Shown here: positions 37,291 to 47,505 of the stretch, one piece after another
Layout of the letters: each line of letters starts with the position of its first letter
Position numbering within the stretch: position 1 is the first letter of the stretch
Assembly (NCBI GenBank): GCA_019694515.1
Contig: JAIBBU010000014.1
Span: forward strand, 2,286 to 66,285
Length of the DNA: 64,000 nucleotides
Direction of reading: 5' to 3'
DNA from: Oligoflexia bacterium
GTDB taxonomy: Bacteria; Bdellovibrionota_C; UBA2361; JBGSMV01
Made by a program: the position numbers and the translations under genes
The notes under the pieces: model-generated
What the model was told of the DNA's origin: nothing
Seen by the model: the letters and a program-made list of their open reading frames with translations, nothing else
The model's database searches: none

Positions 37291-37354
37291 ATCAGCTGCC
37301 CTCTGAGTGCTAGAGTAAGAGGGCCGCATCCCGTATAATAAGCACCTTACAGCT

Positions 37355-38863
37355 ATGTCGTACGAACCTCCAATTGTCCCGCGCGTTTTCGATAGCCCGG
37401 CTGGGATCGATCTGGCGAAGCTAGCCCTGAAGCATGGTCCTGCTGTCGAAAACGATCACGCATTGCTAGCCGCGATTGAGGCGGTCCGTGTCGCCCCAGA
37501 AACCTGTGGCGGGCTGGTGGCTCTCGGGGAGAAGCTCCTAAGATTGGGGGCCCACGAAAAAGCGCAGGCCGCTTTTGAAGACGCCTTGATAGACGATCCA
37601 AATAGTTTGGAGGCACTGCAGGGAGTAGCTCTGGCTTTGCGAGGACAGGCGCGCGCGGGCGATGATAGAGATCTTATGCTGCGGGCAATCAGGGCCTTCG
37701 AGCTCTTAGCGGATCGATCTCCCAACAGTCCCGGCCCGCTCATGTTCGTGGCAACCTCATGGAATCATCTTGGAGATGCGCAGAAAGTTGCCGAGGCTGC
37801 CGACAGGGTACTGAAGATTAGTCCTGAAAACACGATTGCTTGGGAATTCTTAGGGCATGCCCGCATGAAGCTACGGGAGTTTGCCGACGCGGCCCAGGCT
37901 TTTGGGCATGCCATAGAACTGGAGGCTCAGGATTCAATCATGCCGGGGCGGGCCGATCTCTTAGGAGCCCGCGGTCGAGCACTTTTTCTTGCGGGTAAGA
38001 TCGAGGAAGCTGCTCCCCTCTTGTTGAGAGCCGCGATGCTCGATCCGCACGACATCGAAAGCTACAACTGGGCAGCGCTCTGTTTCAACGATCTGAAGCG
38101 CGAGCTGCCTCCTACCGTCGCGCCCAAACTGCCCAGGGAATCGGACTCTTATGCTACGCCAGTTTTGCAGATGCCGGAAAAACTGAAGAGTATTTACTTT
38201 GATCAATTAAGGCAGGGGCTCGAATTGCCGGTCCGCTCCTCCACTAAAGCACAGGACTCCTTCTTTATTAATCTTGCGATCGATCTGAGGGACGACGAAA
38301 AAATAACTTATCAGTTGCAGCTGCTCCCGTTACAGAAGGGGGCTACCCGTGACTGCTGGGCTCGGATAGAAAACCAGAAAGCAGGATATCGGCTCCTCTT
38401 CTTTTTGTCGGGGAGCGGCTCTGAAAGCCGCGCGCTGCTGCAGAGTTGGCGTGGTCTCAATCTCGTTAAAGCGCGGAAAATAAAAGAGGCCGTAGATCTT
38501 CTCAGTCAGTCCAGCGCAGACTCAGAGGTGCTGGTGATGGCCAAGTCCGATCTTTCTGTCGCCATTACCGGCGAAGAGTGCCCCCCGGACTGGAGCCTCT
38601 CATTGGGAACGCCGCAGGATGCGCTTGTTGGAGCATATAAACTGGCTCTCGGAGGAAGAGTGCTAAATCCTATAGACGGCTCGATCAAGGCTGAGCTACG
38701 GATCTTTCTCGATCGAGATCAACACAGGCTTTATGGTTTAGAAATTCAAAGAGTGGGGCCTGATCGTAAGGCCATCTCTACGCTTAAATCCGAGCGTCTC
38801 GGCCTATTGAGTGAGGTAACAGCTGCCTTCAGGGAGCTCTCGGCTAAGATTATGGAAGATTGA
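37355..38863 (+). CDS. TPR-repeat protein with a C-terminal domain of unknown function
   Basis: 502 aa. The N-terminal ~230 aa hold TPR-like repeats (e.g. AQAAFEDALIDDPNSLEALQGVALAL; AAQAFGHAIELEAQDS). No signal peptide is seen. Confidence 0.7.
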   Translation: MSYEPPIVPRVFDSPAGIDLAKLALKHGPAVENDHALLAAIEAVRVAPETCGGLVALGEKLLRLGAHEKAQAAFEDALIDDPNSLEALQGVALALRGQARAGDDRDLMLRAIRAFELLADRSPNSPGPLMFVATSWNHLGDAQKVAEAADRVLKISPENTIAWEFLGHARMKLREFADAAQAFGHAIELEAQDSIMPGRADLLGARGRALFLAGKIEEAAPLLLRAAMLDPHDIESYNWAALCFNDLKRELPPTVAPKLPRESDSYATPVLQMPEKLKSIYFDQLRQGLELPVRSSTKAQDSFFINLAIDLRDDEKITYQLQLLPLQKGATRDCWARIENQKAGYRLLFFLSGSGSESRALLQSWRGLNLVKARKIKEAVDLLSQSSADSEVLVMAKSDLSVAITGEECPPDWSLSLGTPQDALVGAYKLALGGRVLNPIDGSIKAELRIFLDRDQHRLYGLEIQRVGPDRKAISTLKSERLGLLSEVTAAFRELSAKIMED

Positions 38864-38984
38864 GGCATCTCGACTGGGGCGTTTAATTTCGAGCTGAGGC
38901 TCCGCTCTTTTCTTTCCGTCTTACGCGTGACGTGCTATCTCTACTGCCTTATTGGCTCACGATCATCCTGAGGAGAGATGCTTT

Positions 38985-39413
38985 ATGTCCAGACTCCCCA
39001 CCTTGGTTCTGACCTTCCTTTTGTCGCTCTCCATAGTTACCGTCGTTGCCACAGCTAGCGCTGCCGCTCCCCCGCAACAAATGCCGGTATCGCAGAAGCC
39101 GATCTTGAAACTCACGGATAACGGCTTGGAGCAAAGCGTGCTGCACATGACGACCGACGATAGCGTATTGTTTTTCTTGAACGACACTAAAGATTCGCTG
39201 ACCTCCCTGGAGATCGACTTCAGAGGACAAACCGCCCATTGCGCCTCGTCCAACATGAAGGCCGCGGACGACGGCTTTATTCGGTCAAGCACGCCGTTTG
39301 GCCCGCATGATTTTGCCACCACCTGCTTTCACTCCAAGGGGACCTATGAATATACGGTATATGGCCTCAAGCCCAAGCCTTCCGGTATCAAGGGTAAAAT
39401 TATAGTGGAGTAA
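38985..39413 (+). CDS. Small secreted beta-sandwich protein, cupredoxin-like pattern without the canonical C-terminal Cu ligands
   Basis: ATG 38985 lies 9 nt after AGGAG. The signal peptide is MSRLPTLVLTFLLSLSIVTVVATASA. The C-terminus GTYEYTVYGLKPKPSGIKGKIIVE mimics the cupredoxin GtYxYxCxxHxxMxGxIxV, but Cys/His/Met are replaced. Confidence 0.55.
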   Translation: MSRLPTLVLTFLLSLSIVTVVATASAAAPPQQMPVSQKPILKLTDNGLEQSVLHMTTDDSVLFFLNDTKDSLTSLEIDFRGQTAHCASSNMKAADDGFIRSSTPFGPHDFATTCFHSKGTYEYTVYGLKPKPSGIKGKIIVE

Positions 39414-39415
39414 GA

Positions 39416-40561
39416 ATGCTGCGCGCTGTCTTTCTCACATTGCTGCTCCTCCTTTGCTTAGCCGCCTGCTCGTCCGCGAAGGCCAAAATTGCGCCGCAAG
39501 CCGCTCAAGGCACCGCCGGTCAGATCGCCTTGATGCCGATCGAGGCGCCTGCGGATATCGCGCGCGAAAGAGTTGCCTATATCCGCGAGGCAATCTTGGC
39601 CGAACTCAGAAACAGCGGCTACGCCGTGCTTGATGATCAGCTGGTTCAGAAGCTTTGCACCTCGTCCAGCTGTCCTGAACGCACCCGTCTGGCCACAGAC
39701 TATCTGGTCGAGAATTTCGCCACACTCAAGCTGAAATCGGTTGATCGCAATAATTTTCTGGCGGGATATTACAACGCGATCTCCGGAAATTTGAGCTTGG
39801 TTGATAGCAGCGGTCACGAGCTGGCAACGGTCGACCTTACGGAGAGCGAGAAAGGGGGACTGATCTTCAATTCAGGGCAGCTTTTTCAGGGAATACGCTC
39901 CCAGGCCCAAAACTCCGCCCAAGAGAGCTTTGCGAATTTGGCCGACAAATTCGCGCGATCGGCGGTAGCAAAATTGCCGCGTCCCGCTGCGGTTAAAATT
40001 GGCGACGACGCCCTGGGGATCGATATCCAGAAGATCGAGGTGACTCCAGTGGAGATTCCGTTATACCGACTTTGCGCAAAAGCTACGCCGCGCTCGATGG
40101 CATACCTCGTGATCAACAAGCTCAAGACCAATCTCCGCGAGACCGCGCCGGGGAACTACTGCGGCATCTATCGCCTGGATGGGGTCAGCGATACTCCAGC
40201 GGTCGAACTGCGCTCCCCTTTTGGCAACTCCGTCCGACGGGAGTTAGAGATGAAATTACTTCCCAGATACTGCCGGCTCGACGGGCTAGTAAGCCTCTCC
40301 AGTGAGGGGAAGTTTAGCTCACTGCTGGTAGGCTGCAAGGACAGCAACGATCAGCGCTGCCAGGCAAGATTGTCGGGGTGTAATGGCAGTAAGTTCATAG
40401 TTTATAGAGCACCGCAAATTCCGGGGGTCTTCAGCAAAGTAGCTGAATTTTCAGGCTCTGGTTGGCGCGAGGCCTTCCCCGCCGAGAAAGCCAACTATCA
40501 AATAGTAGCGGTTAGTGGCAGCGGTCTTCGTTCACAGCCGGCTACTCCTCCGACGCAATGA
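39416..40561 (+). CDS. Lipoprotein, DUF799/LpoB-like N-domain plus a Cys-rich C-terminal domain
   Basis: The lipobox is LCLAAC/SS. IALMPIEAP...LRNSGYAVL resembles the GNA1162/DUF799-type lipoprotein fold. It starts 3 nt after the upstream stop. Confidence 0.6.
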   Translation: MLRAVFLTLLLLLCLAACSSAKAKIAPQAAQGTAGQIALMPIEAPADIARERVAYIREAILAELRNSGYAVLDDQLVQKLCTSSSCPERTRLATDYLVENFATLKLKSVDRNNFLAGYYNAISGNLSLVDSSGHELATVDLTESEKGGLIFNSGQLFQGIRSQAQNSAQESFANLADKFARSAVAKLPRPAAVKIGDDALGIDIQKIEVTPVEIPLYRLCAKATPRSMAYLVINKLKTNLRETAPGNYCGIYRLDGVSDTPAVELRSPFGNSVRRELEMKLLPRYCRLDGLVSLSSEGKFSSLLVGCKDSNDQRCQARLSGCNGSKFIVYRAPQIPGVFSKVAEFSGSGWREAFPAEKANYQIVAVSGSGLRSQPATPPTQ

Positions 40562-40594
40562 CGGTGCACTAATGGCTTTAATCGAGGCGGCAAT

Positions 40595-41587
40595 ATGAAA
40601 CTACTACTGGTCTTCTTGAGCATGCTCTGGCTGGCAGGCTGCAGCGCCAAGTATAGCTCCAAGCTTGATTTCAATCCGACCGAGCCGCTGCGGGTAGCCG
40701 TGTTGCCATTTGCCCAGGTAGATAAACAGGGGCAGATCGTGGAATCAGAGGGCGACCTGGGAATCGATCGGGTCGGCCTGGTATCCCAACATCTCGGCGA
40801 AAGTCCGGCTGAATTCCTGCGGAAGGCGGTACAAAAGGAGCTTGGCAAATCAGGGCTGGATGTCTTATCCGCCGGACTAGTTGATTCAGAATTTTCGCAT
40901 CATGGCTACGCTTTTCCGGATCTGAAGCCCGACTTGAAGAAGATCTTCGCCTCCAACCCTAAAGATTTGTGTTCACATCTATTGAATTGCGATGCCGTAA
41001 TCTATGGGCGGGTGAAGAAATGGGACCGCGGGTATTATGCAATCGAATCGGTCAACACGGTGGCCCTGGATCTGCAGATGATCTCAGTCAAGGATGGACG
41101 AGTGCTATTCACGACAAGCGGAGAAGATTCGGAGAGCCGCGGATTAACCAAGGGGCCTACCGGATTTTCGGATCTAGTGATTGAGCCGGTGCGCGGATTG
41201 GACAGCGAGATCATCGCCGATCTCTCGCGGCGTCTAGTAACAAAAATGCTGGCACCACTAAAGGTCGAGAGCCGTCCCGAGTACTTAAAATCTCAAGCGC
41301 CGGCAATCTGGGCCGCAGCACATGACGCGCGCGATGGCAGAGTTGCCCTCAAGAAGCCTCTGACGGTTTTAGCATTCGGCCCGAGTGGCATGAATGCTTC
41401 ATTTTCGATCGGTAAAGCAATCCAAAATATACCGATGCTGGAGGAGCAGGAGATGCACTATTTTGGGCAATATTATCCCCTCCCAGGAGACCGCATTGAC
41501 CGTCAGCCTGTGATTGTTTCCGTAGCCGATAAATATGGTCGTGTTACAAGTCAGGAGCTAGGCAATGGGCCGGTCTCGGTCAACTAG
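40595..41587 (+). CDS. Lipoprotein, DUF799 (GNA1162)-like N-domain plus a C-terminal extension
   Basis: The lipobox is WLAGC/SA. VAVLPFAQVD...CDAVIYGRVKKWDRGYYAIESVNTVALDLQMISVKDGRVLF fits the DUF799 pattern as I remember it. Confidence 0.65.
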   Translation: MKLLLVFLSMLWLAGCSAKYSSKLDFNPTEPLRVAVLPFAQVDKQGQIVESEGDLGIDRVGLVSQHLGESPAEFLRKAVQKELGKSGLDVLSAGLVDSEFSHHGYAFPDLKPDLKKIFASNPKDLCSHLLNCDAVIYGRVKKWDRGYYAIESVNTVALDLQMISVKDGRVLFTTSGEDSESRGLTKGPTGFSDLVIEPVRGLDSEIIADLSRRLVTKMLAPLKVESRPEYLKSQAPAIWAAAHDARDGRVALKKPLTVLAFGPSGMNASFSIGKAIQNIPMLEEQEMHYFGQYYPLPGDRIDRQPVIVSVADKYGRVTSQELGNGPVSVN

Positions 41588-42152
41588 ATCTCCCTGGGCG
41601 CAGAGCCTCATACGATTAGTCTTGTTCGCCATGCTGGGGGCGCTGTGCGGCTGTGCACCAGCGTCCAGCCGATTTCCTCCACTGCCCCGAGTTCTGATGC
41701 AAGCCGGCGATTTAGCTCCGAACTTCAAGGGGTTCGAGATTGGCGGTCGGCCATTCTCCCTTAGCGATTACCGCGGGCAGGTTGTGTTATTGAACTTCTG
41801 GGCAACTTGGTGTGCTGTTTGTAAGAGCGAGATGCCGATGTTCGAAGAGATCCAGCACACTTTTGCGGGTGAGCCCTTCACTGTGCTGGCAGTTTCGATC
41901 GATCAGGACGCTGGAGCAGTCAGGCGTTTTGCCGAAGAAAATGATTTCTCGTTCCCGCTGGCTTTGGATTTAAACCATAGCGCCGAGCGCGCCTACAAGG
42001 TCCAGGCGCTGCCCCTTAGCCTGCTAATCAACAAAGAGGGGCGCATGGTCTATTTCGGAAGCCGCACGGATGCAAGAATAGCCACGCGAATTGAGGGTGC
42101 AGCCGATTGGAACGGGGCTGACGTCATTCAGCAGATTCGATCTTTACTCTGA
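41565..42152 (+). CDS. TlpA/ResA-family periplasmic thiol-disulfide oxidoreductase (lipoprotein)
   Basis: AGGAG lies 7 nt before ATG 41565, and the start overlaps the upstream gene by 23 nt. The lipobox-like sequence is GALCGC. The active site is WATWCAVCKSEMP (CxxC). Confidence 0.85.
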   Translation: MGRSRSTRSPWAQSLIRLVLFAMLGALCGCAPASSRFPPLPRVLMQAGDLAPNFKGFEIGGRPFSLSDYRGQVVLLNFWATWCAVCKSEMPMFEEIQHTFAGEPFTVLAVSIDQDAGAVRRFAEENDFSFPLALDLNHSAERAYKVQALPLSLLINKEGRMVYFGSRTDARIATRIEGAADWNGADVIQQIRSLL

Positions 42153-42218
42153 GCTCGCTTGGCGGCGATTTGTTTCAGCCCGATCCTTGATGGCTGAAAA
42201 TTAATGAAGATTTGCACT

Positions 42219-42247
42219 TTGAGTAAGGCGGCTGGCAAAGTTATAAT
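42219..42247 (+). promoter_or_regulatory. Sigma70-like promoter TTGAGT-17-TATAAT upstream of the GNAT gene
   Basis: TTGAGT at 42219-42224, a 17-nt spacer, and TATAAT at 42242-42247. It lies 13 nt before ATG 42260, so a leaderless or short-leader mRNA is possible. Confidence 0.4.
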
Positions 42248-42259
42248 AGCCGCGTTGTT

Positions 42260-42916
42260 ATGCCTAGCACTCCTGAATCAGAGGTAAGCCAGCTTCGTCG
42301 CCCACCCAATCTCGGGGCCGCGGAGCAGACTGCTCAGCCTTCTCTTCTGCCGGAAGCTGAAAGCCGCTCCGCTCCGGAGCGACAGGTCGACTCCTATATC
42401 CTATACATCATGAGAAACCCGCTGTTGATCAGCGAACCTGAGCGTTCAGCCCGCGCCACCCAAATTTGTATCGAGCATGTTGCCAAGTGGGCTAAGGAAC
42501 CGGTCGAGACAAGTATTTTCGCGCAACGCACGCGCTGGCTAAGACACGTCCCAATCCCCGATCGCTTATTAGTAAAGGCCCTGCGGGCAATGCGCTATGA
42601 TGGGCTTATGTTCATCGGCGCGGATGGAGTAATCGCGCACGTATTTTTCCAACGTCATCCTAACGAGCTCCGCATGTTCTCGGTCGCAGTGGCTGAACCA
42701 TTTCAGGGGCACGGTTTGGCCGAACGCGCGCTCGAGCAGTTTGTACAGTACGCCAAGGGCTGTCCCGGCGTCGAAAGCCTGCGTTTCGGCGCTAATGGGC
42801 ATGACGCCGTGCGGCACATCTGCCGGAAATTCCATGCACGGCAGGAAGCCTTGGGCCTCGAGCTGGATCCGGATACGGGAATAGCTAGAATCGTACGACG
42901 CGGGAACTCAGAGTAG
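42260..42916 (+). CDS. GNAT-family N-acetyltransferase with an N-terminal extension
   Basis: The acetyl-CoA motif-A-like sequence is [20 protein letters not shown]. 218 aa. The 3' end overlaps the convergent icd by 9 nt. Confidence 0.6.
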   Translation: MPSTPESEVSQLRRPPNLGAAEQTAQPSLLPEAESRSAPERQVDSYILYIMRNPLLISEPERSARATQICIEHVAKWAKEPVETSIFAQRTRWLRHVPIPDRLLVKALRAMRYDGLMFIGADGVIAHVFFQRHPNELRMFSVAVAEPFQGHGLAERALEQFVQYAKGCPGVESLRFGANGHDAVRHICRKFHARQEALGLELDPDTGIARIVRRGNSE

Positions 42917-44131
42917 CGTTCTCAAGGTCGCCGCTATCGCCTCCAAGAACTCCCTGGTGTTGAGATATTTGTCTCGCCCGACATTCGAGCCGTGGATACA
43001 GACCGCTAGATCCTTGGTCATCTTTCCCGCCTCAACTGTATCGATACAGGCGCGCTCCAGCTTTTCACAGAAGTTTATCAAGGGCTGATTGCCGTCAAAG
43101 CGGCCTCTGAAAATGAGTCCCCTGCTCCAGGCAAAGATCGATGCGATCGGATTGGTAGATGTTTCCTTGCCCTGCTGATGCTGGCGAAAATGGCGGGTAA
43201 CAGTGCCATGCGCAGCCTCCGCTTCAACCCGTTTGCCGTCTTCAGTCATCAAAACCGAGGTCATTAAGCCTAGTGAGCCGAAACCTTGAGCTACAGAATC
43301 TGACTGCACGTCACCGTCGTAATTCTTGCAGGCCCAGACAAAGCCACCCTCGGATTTCATGGCGTACGCCACCATGTCGTCAATTAATCGATGTTCGTAA
43401 GAAATCCCGGCCGCGCTGTATTTTTGTGCGAATTCAGCTTCATAGATCTCTTTAAAGATGTCGCGGAAGCGTCCGTCGTAGGCTTTAAGAATTGTATTCT
43501 TGGTCGAGAGATAGACATTTTGCTTCTTGGACAAGCCGTAATTCAGACTGCTGCGCGCAAAGCTGCGGATCGACTCATCCAAATTATACATGCCCAGCGC
43601 GACTCCCGAGCCGGGGAATTTAAATATCTCGCGTTCGATCGGCGCACCTCCGCCCTCGGGTTCGAATCGGATCGTCAAGCGCCCTTTCCCCGGCACCACA
43701 AAGTCCTGGGCCTTATACTGGTCGGCATAAGCGTGCCTGCCGATCACGATTGGCTTGCTCCAGGTCGAAACTAATCGCGGAACGTTTTTACAGATGATCG
43801 GCTCGCGAAAAACAGTACCCCCGACAATGTTGCGAATCGTGCCGTTGGGCGAGGCCCACATCTTTTTTAGAGAGAATTCCTTAACCCGCGCTTCGTCGGG
43901 TGTAATCGTAGCGCACTTGATCCCTACCCCAAATTCGTTGATCGCATTCGCGGCATCGATCGTAATCTTGTCGTCCGTGGCATCGCGGTGTTGAATCGAC
44001 AGGTCAAAGTACTTAATGTTCAGCTCTAGAAAGGGCAAAACTAGGCGGTCCTTGATGTCTTTCCAGATGATGCGGGTCATTTCATCCCCGTCCATCTCCA
44101 CAATCGGATTTGCGACCTTAATTTTATTCAT
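42908..44131 (-). CDS. icd: NADP-dependent isocitrate dehydrogenase (eukaryote-like subfamily II, ~407 aa)
   Basis: The start [50 protein letters not shown], plus [11 protein letters not shown] and TVTRHF, are characteristic of IDH1/2-type enzymes. Confidence 0.95.
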   Translation of the reverse strand: MNKIKVANPIVEMDGDEMTRIIWKDIKDRLVLPFLELNIKYFDLSIQHRDATDDKITIDAANAINEFGVGIKCATITPDEARVKEFSLKKMWASPNGTIRNIVGGTVFREPIICKNVPRLVSTWSKPIVIGRHAYADQYKAQDFVVPGKGRLTIRFEPEGGGAPIEREIFKFPGSGVALGMYNLDESIRSFARSSLNYGLSKKQNVYLSTKNTILKAYDGRFRDIFKEIYEAEFAQKYSAAGISYEHRLIDDMVAYAMKSEGGFVWACKNYDGDVQSDSVAQGFGSLGLMTSVLMTEDGKRVEAEAAHGTVTRHFRQHQQGKETSTNPIASIFAWSRGLIFRGRFDGNQPLINFCEKLERACIDTVEAGKMTKDLAVCIHGSNVGRDKYLNTREFLEAIAATLRTLL

Positions 44132-44179
44132 ATTGGATCTGATAATGGATTATAGCGGCTGGCCTTTTCAAGGGGCGCC

Positions 44180-44806
44180 TTACTTATTCTCACCACTCTT
44201 CTTGGCTTTGACCTGCAGCGAAACCTTGCCCTCCTTCACAACCACCTTAAAGCTTAGCTTGGCTTCAGGATTCTTCTGTCTGTAGTCCTTAGCCCGTTGA
44301 AGTACCGATTTTTCAAAGCTCTCGTAATCGAGATTATGTTTTTTTCCGGTCTGCTTTTCGAGGGCCGTGCGGTAGCTATTGAACAGTGTATGCAAGCCCT
44401 TCTCCGCCGCGCCCACTGCGGTTTGGGATCGAGCCTCTTCAAACGACTGCTTTTCGCGTAAAGCAGCCTTAAAAAGATCTCGAGAATAGGTGCCCTCTTC
44501 GCGCTGCTTTAGCACACGCTGCCAGTAGGTATTGAAGGTTTGATAACGTCCGTCGATTGCTCGCAAACGATAGTTAATCGCGGAATTGCGGAAAGGCGCC
44601 TTCATCAAATTGCGCAGAGTGCGTTTCACTTCGGTGTGCAACCGATCGGGAGGTAACGGCAAAACTCCGGAAAAATACTGTTCGTACTGCATTTTTAGTT
44701 CGGCCAGCCGCGCCTCAATCGCATCCAATTCGGCTCTTAGATCGCGGCGCTGCTCAGCGTCCTTCGCCTTGAGGCCCGCGCGGTCTTTAGGTAGAGTCTC
44801 AGCCAT
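44180..44806 (-). CDS. Conserved-looking coiled-coil hypothetical protein
   Basis: 208 aa. It has an N-terminal coiled coil, the motif FRNSAINYRLRAIDGRYQTFNTYWQRV, and a basic C-terminus. No function known. Confidence 0.55.
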   Translation of the reverse strand: MAETLPKDRAGLKAKDAEQRRDLRAELDAIEARLAELKMQYEQYFSGVLPLPPDRLHTEVKRTLRNLMKAPFRNSAINYRLRAIDGRYQTFNTYWQRVLKQREEGTYSRDLFKAALREKQSFEEARSQTAVGAAEKGLHTLFNSYRTALEKQTGKKHNLDYESFEKSVLQRAKDYRQKNPEAKLSFKVVVKEGKVSLQVKAKKSGENK

Positions 44807-44897
44807 CGGATAACTTGGGAACCGTGATAGGATCCGGCCTTTTAAGATATATCGTAATCCCGGCCCGTTTTATTTAGGGCTTTCACTTAGCTAATTC

Positions 44898-46301
44898 GTG
44901 GAAAACATTGCTATTTTAGTACTAGCTGCAGGTTTGGGAAAACGGCTAGGCGGGAAATCTCCCAAAGTATTAAGCAGCTTAGGAGGCTTTCCGCTGCTAC
45001 AGCATGTGCTCAGAACTGCCGCGGCATTGGCGCCTTCCACCACCATTGTGATCACAGGCTTCGGAAGAGACGCAGTTGAGGCTGCTGCCCGGACCGGCCA
45101 ATCTACGGGCTTTTATGCGCTGCCTAAATTGGCTTTTGTCTTTCAGCAGGAGCAGCTCGGCACCGGCGACGCCGTCAAGAGTGCGTTGTCAGAACTCCAG
45201 ACCTTTTCGGGAACCGTAGTGATTCTAAGCGGCGATGTCCCGCTTCTCAGGACCGAGACCTTGAATCGCTTACTCCAGGAACACCACTCGCAGCGGGCCA
45301 CCCTTTCGCTTTTGACATTTAAGTGCGCTGCGCCAAATCCATATGGGGTGATTATTCGTGATGCCAGCGGGCGCTTCGTGGAACAGATTGTGGAAAAGAA
45401 GGATTGCAGCCCCGAGCAGAGTAGAATCGAAGAAGTTAATGGCGGGGTATATGCTGTCGATTCGGCGTTTCTGGTTCCGGCGATCAAGAATTTAACCAAC
45501 AACAACGCTCAAAAAGAATATTATCTAACCGACATTGTCGCGAAAGCGGCAGCGGAGGGGCAGCGTGTAGTCGCGGTATTGGCCGATGATCATCAAGAGC
45601 TGCTCGGTGTAAACACATTTATGGAATTGGCGGAGGTCAAGCGCATTATGCTTAATCGAGAGATTGCGATTTTGATCGAAAATGGGGTGGAGTTCGCCGA
45701 CCCTGCAAGCGTGTATGTAGACTCTGGGGTGAAAGTCGCTGCGGGAGTGAAGATTGGTCCGAATGTGCAGCTGCGGGGCAGGACCGAGATTCATGCCGGT
45801 GCGGTGATCGAGGGGAGCGCGCTGCTGATTGATACCGTCGTTCACGAGGGTGCCGTCATCAAATTCGCGGTGCGTTCGGAACAAGCCGTGATCGGCAAGC
45901 AGGCTGCCGTCGGGCCCTTTGCCAACTTGCGCCCCGAGACTGTGCTGGGTGAAGAGGTGCGCATCGGCAACTTCGTTGAAACAAAGAAGGCGATCTTGGG
46001 TAAGGGAGCTAAAGCTTCGCACTTAACATATCTAGGGGACGCTGAGATCGGGGCAGACTCAAATATTGGGGCAGGTACCATCACCTGCAACTACGACGGC
46101 ATTCAGAAGCAAAAGACTAAGATCGGAAAGGGTGTCTTTGTGGGAAGCGATACCTGCCTGGTTGCCCCAATCGAGATTGCCGACGGCGCTTATATCGGTG
46201 CGGGCTCGGTCATTACCAAGCCGGTACCGGCTGATAGCTTGGCCTTTACCCGGCCGCCGCAGGTGGTGAAGGAAGGCTGGGCCAAGAAGAAACGGCGCTA
46301 A
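44898..46301 (+). CDS. glmU: Bifunctional UDP-N-acetylglucosamine diphosphorylase / glucosamine-1-phosphate N-acetyltransferase
   Basis: GTG start. The N-terminal motif is LAAGLGKRLGG, with GDVPLL and the left-handed beta-helix hexapeptide repeats in the C-terminal half. 467 aa. Confidence 0.93.
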   Translation: MENIAILVLAAGLGKRLGGKSPKVLSSLGGFPLLQHVLRTAAALAPSTTIVITGFGRDAVEAAARTGQSTGFYALPKLAFVFQQEQLGTGDAVKSALSELQTFSGTVVILSGDVPLLRTETLNRLLQEHHSQRATLSLLTFKCAAPNPYGVIIRDASGRFVEQIVEKKDCSPEQSRIEEVNGGVYAVDSAFLVPAIKNLTNNNAQKEYYLTDIVAKAAAEGQRVVAVLADDHQELLGVNTFMELAEVKRIMLNREIAILIENGVEFADPASVYVDSGVKVAAGVKIGPNVQLRGRTEIHAGAVIEGSALLIDTVVHEGAVIKFAVRSEQAVIGKQAAVGPFANLRPETVLGEEVRIGNFVETKKAILGKGAKASHLTYLGDAEIGADSNIGAGTITCNYDGIQKQKTKIGKGVFVGSDTCLVAPIEIADGAYIGAGSVITKPVPADSLAFTRPPQVVKEGWAKKKRR

Positions 46302-46376
46302 TTCAATCGTGCTATGAAGCCCCTCAATCAGGAGGGCCCTGGCCGGAATGTGCCCAAGTAATTACACTGCTGGTCA

Positions 46377-47309
46377 ATGAAGAAACTCTATCGTTTTGTA
46401 TTTCTCGCTGTGCTCGGGTGGGCTAACTTGGCGGTTCTGCCGGGCTGTAGCAAAGCGCCGCCGCTGGAAGAATCTAACGAGCTGCGCTTAGGAGCAGCGA
46501 GCGAAATCAGTGGGCCCGTCGAGGTTCCAATCTCTGCCCCCGCCACGCTTAAAGGCATGAATACGGAGAGCCTCGGTGCGGTACGTGCGCGGCTGACGGC
46601 CCAGATCCCTGGCCTAATGGCGAAGAGCTATGCTCCGGTAAAATCGATCTTTGAAAAAATCGATCCAGCGCTTGAGTGGGAGAGCGCCGAAAGTTTTTAT
46701 CTGTTCGGGCCCGGCAGCATGTGTGGTGTCGGTCCGGCGCTCGATTCAGATCTAATCTTCAATCCGTACATGCTGCTCGGTGCCAGATTCTTCGGTTTGG
46801 GGATGAAGCAGTCGCCCTTTCGTTGGAGTCAGGCGACCAGAGACAGCGCCGCTACTGGCAACTCTCAAATACCAATGGCTCTGAAGCCGGTCTCTCTGAG
46901 TTGGATCCCTAAGGAGTCGCGGGCAGAGCTGCTTTTTAGAGTTAGCAACTACTTACAGGAAGCAGAGCCCTGGTTGCTGAATCCGATTGGGGTCGGAGAT
47001 GTGGTCTTTAGCCTATCTCCCCTAAACGCCCGCGATCTCGGTTTCAAGTTCATGCGAATCGATACCGAAAATTCTTCTAATATCGTGCTGCCTCCGCAGC
47101 CACCCTCTGCGCTGCAGCTCCTGGAGATATTTACTCCGCGTCAGCTTAAGAGCTCCTCGGCGCGTTGCAATTCTTCTGGTTGGCCTTACAAAACCTATCG
47201 CAACCTAAAGCTGAGTGCGGTGCCGGCGAAATTGCGAGTGCTGCTTTGGCGCAGCGATCCCCGCGATCTGGCGTCGCCCGATTTTAGCTACGATATAAAT
47301 TTTGACTAA
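46377..47309 (+). CDS. Lipoprotein, hypothetical
   Basis: 310 aa with the lipobox AVLPGC/SK. No family recognised. Confidence 0.5.
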   Translation: MKKLYRFVFLAVLGWANLAVLPGCSKAPPLEESNELRLGAASEISGPVEVPISAPATLKGMNTESLGAVRARLTAQIPGLMAKSYAPVKSIFEKIDPALEWESAESFYLFGPGSMCGVGPALDSDLIFNPYMLLGARFFGLGMKQSPFRWSQATRDSAATGNSQIPMALKPVSLSWIPKESRAELLFRVSNYLQEAEPWLLNPIGVGDVVFSLSPLNARDLGFKFMRIDTENSSNIVLPPQPPSALQLLEIFTPRQLKSSSARCNSSGWPYKTYRNLKLSAVPAKLRVLLWRSDPRDLASPDFSYDINFD

Positions 47310-47505
47310 GTAGCGGCTGTAAGGGTTGCGAAACACGAGCACGGAATTCCGGTCATTGCTGTACTGCGCAATTTGAGGAGAAGTTCTCTGTCATTTATTG
47401 GCTGGAAAATCTGCGGAAATTTCTCCTAACTTATTCAGTCCAGAGATCATTTCGACTTAAAGTTAGGGTTTGCCCGCCTTCGCTCATGCTACGGCGTGGC
47501 AGGCT

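Noticed and set aside
45525-46022. 165-aa minus-strand ORF
   Set aside because: It is the antisense shadow of glmU, whose hexapeptide-repeat region keeps the opposite frame open.
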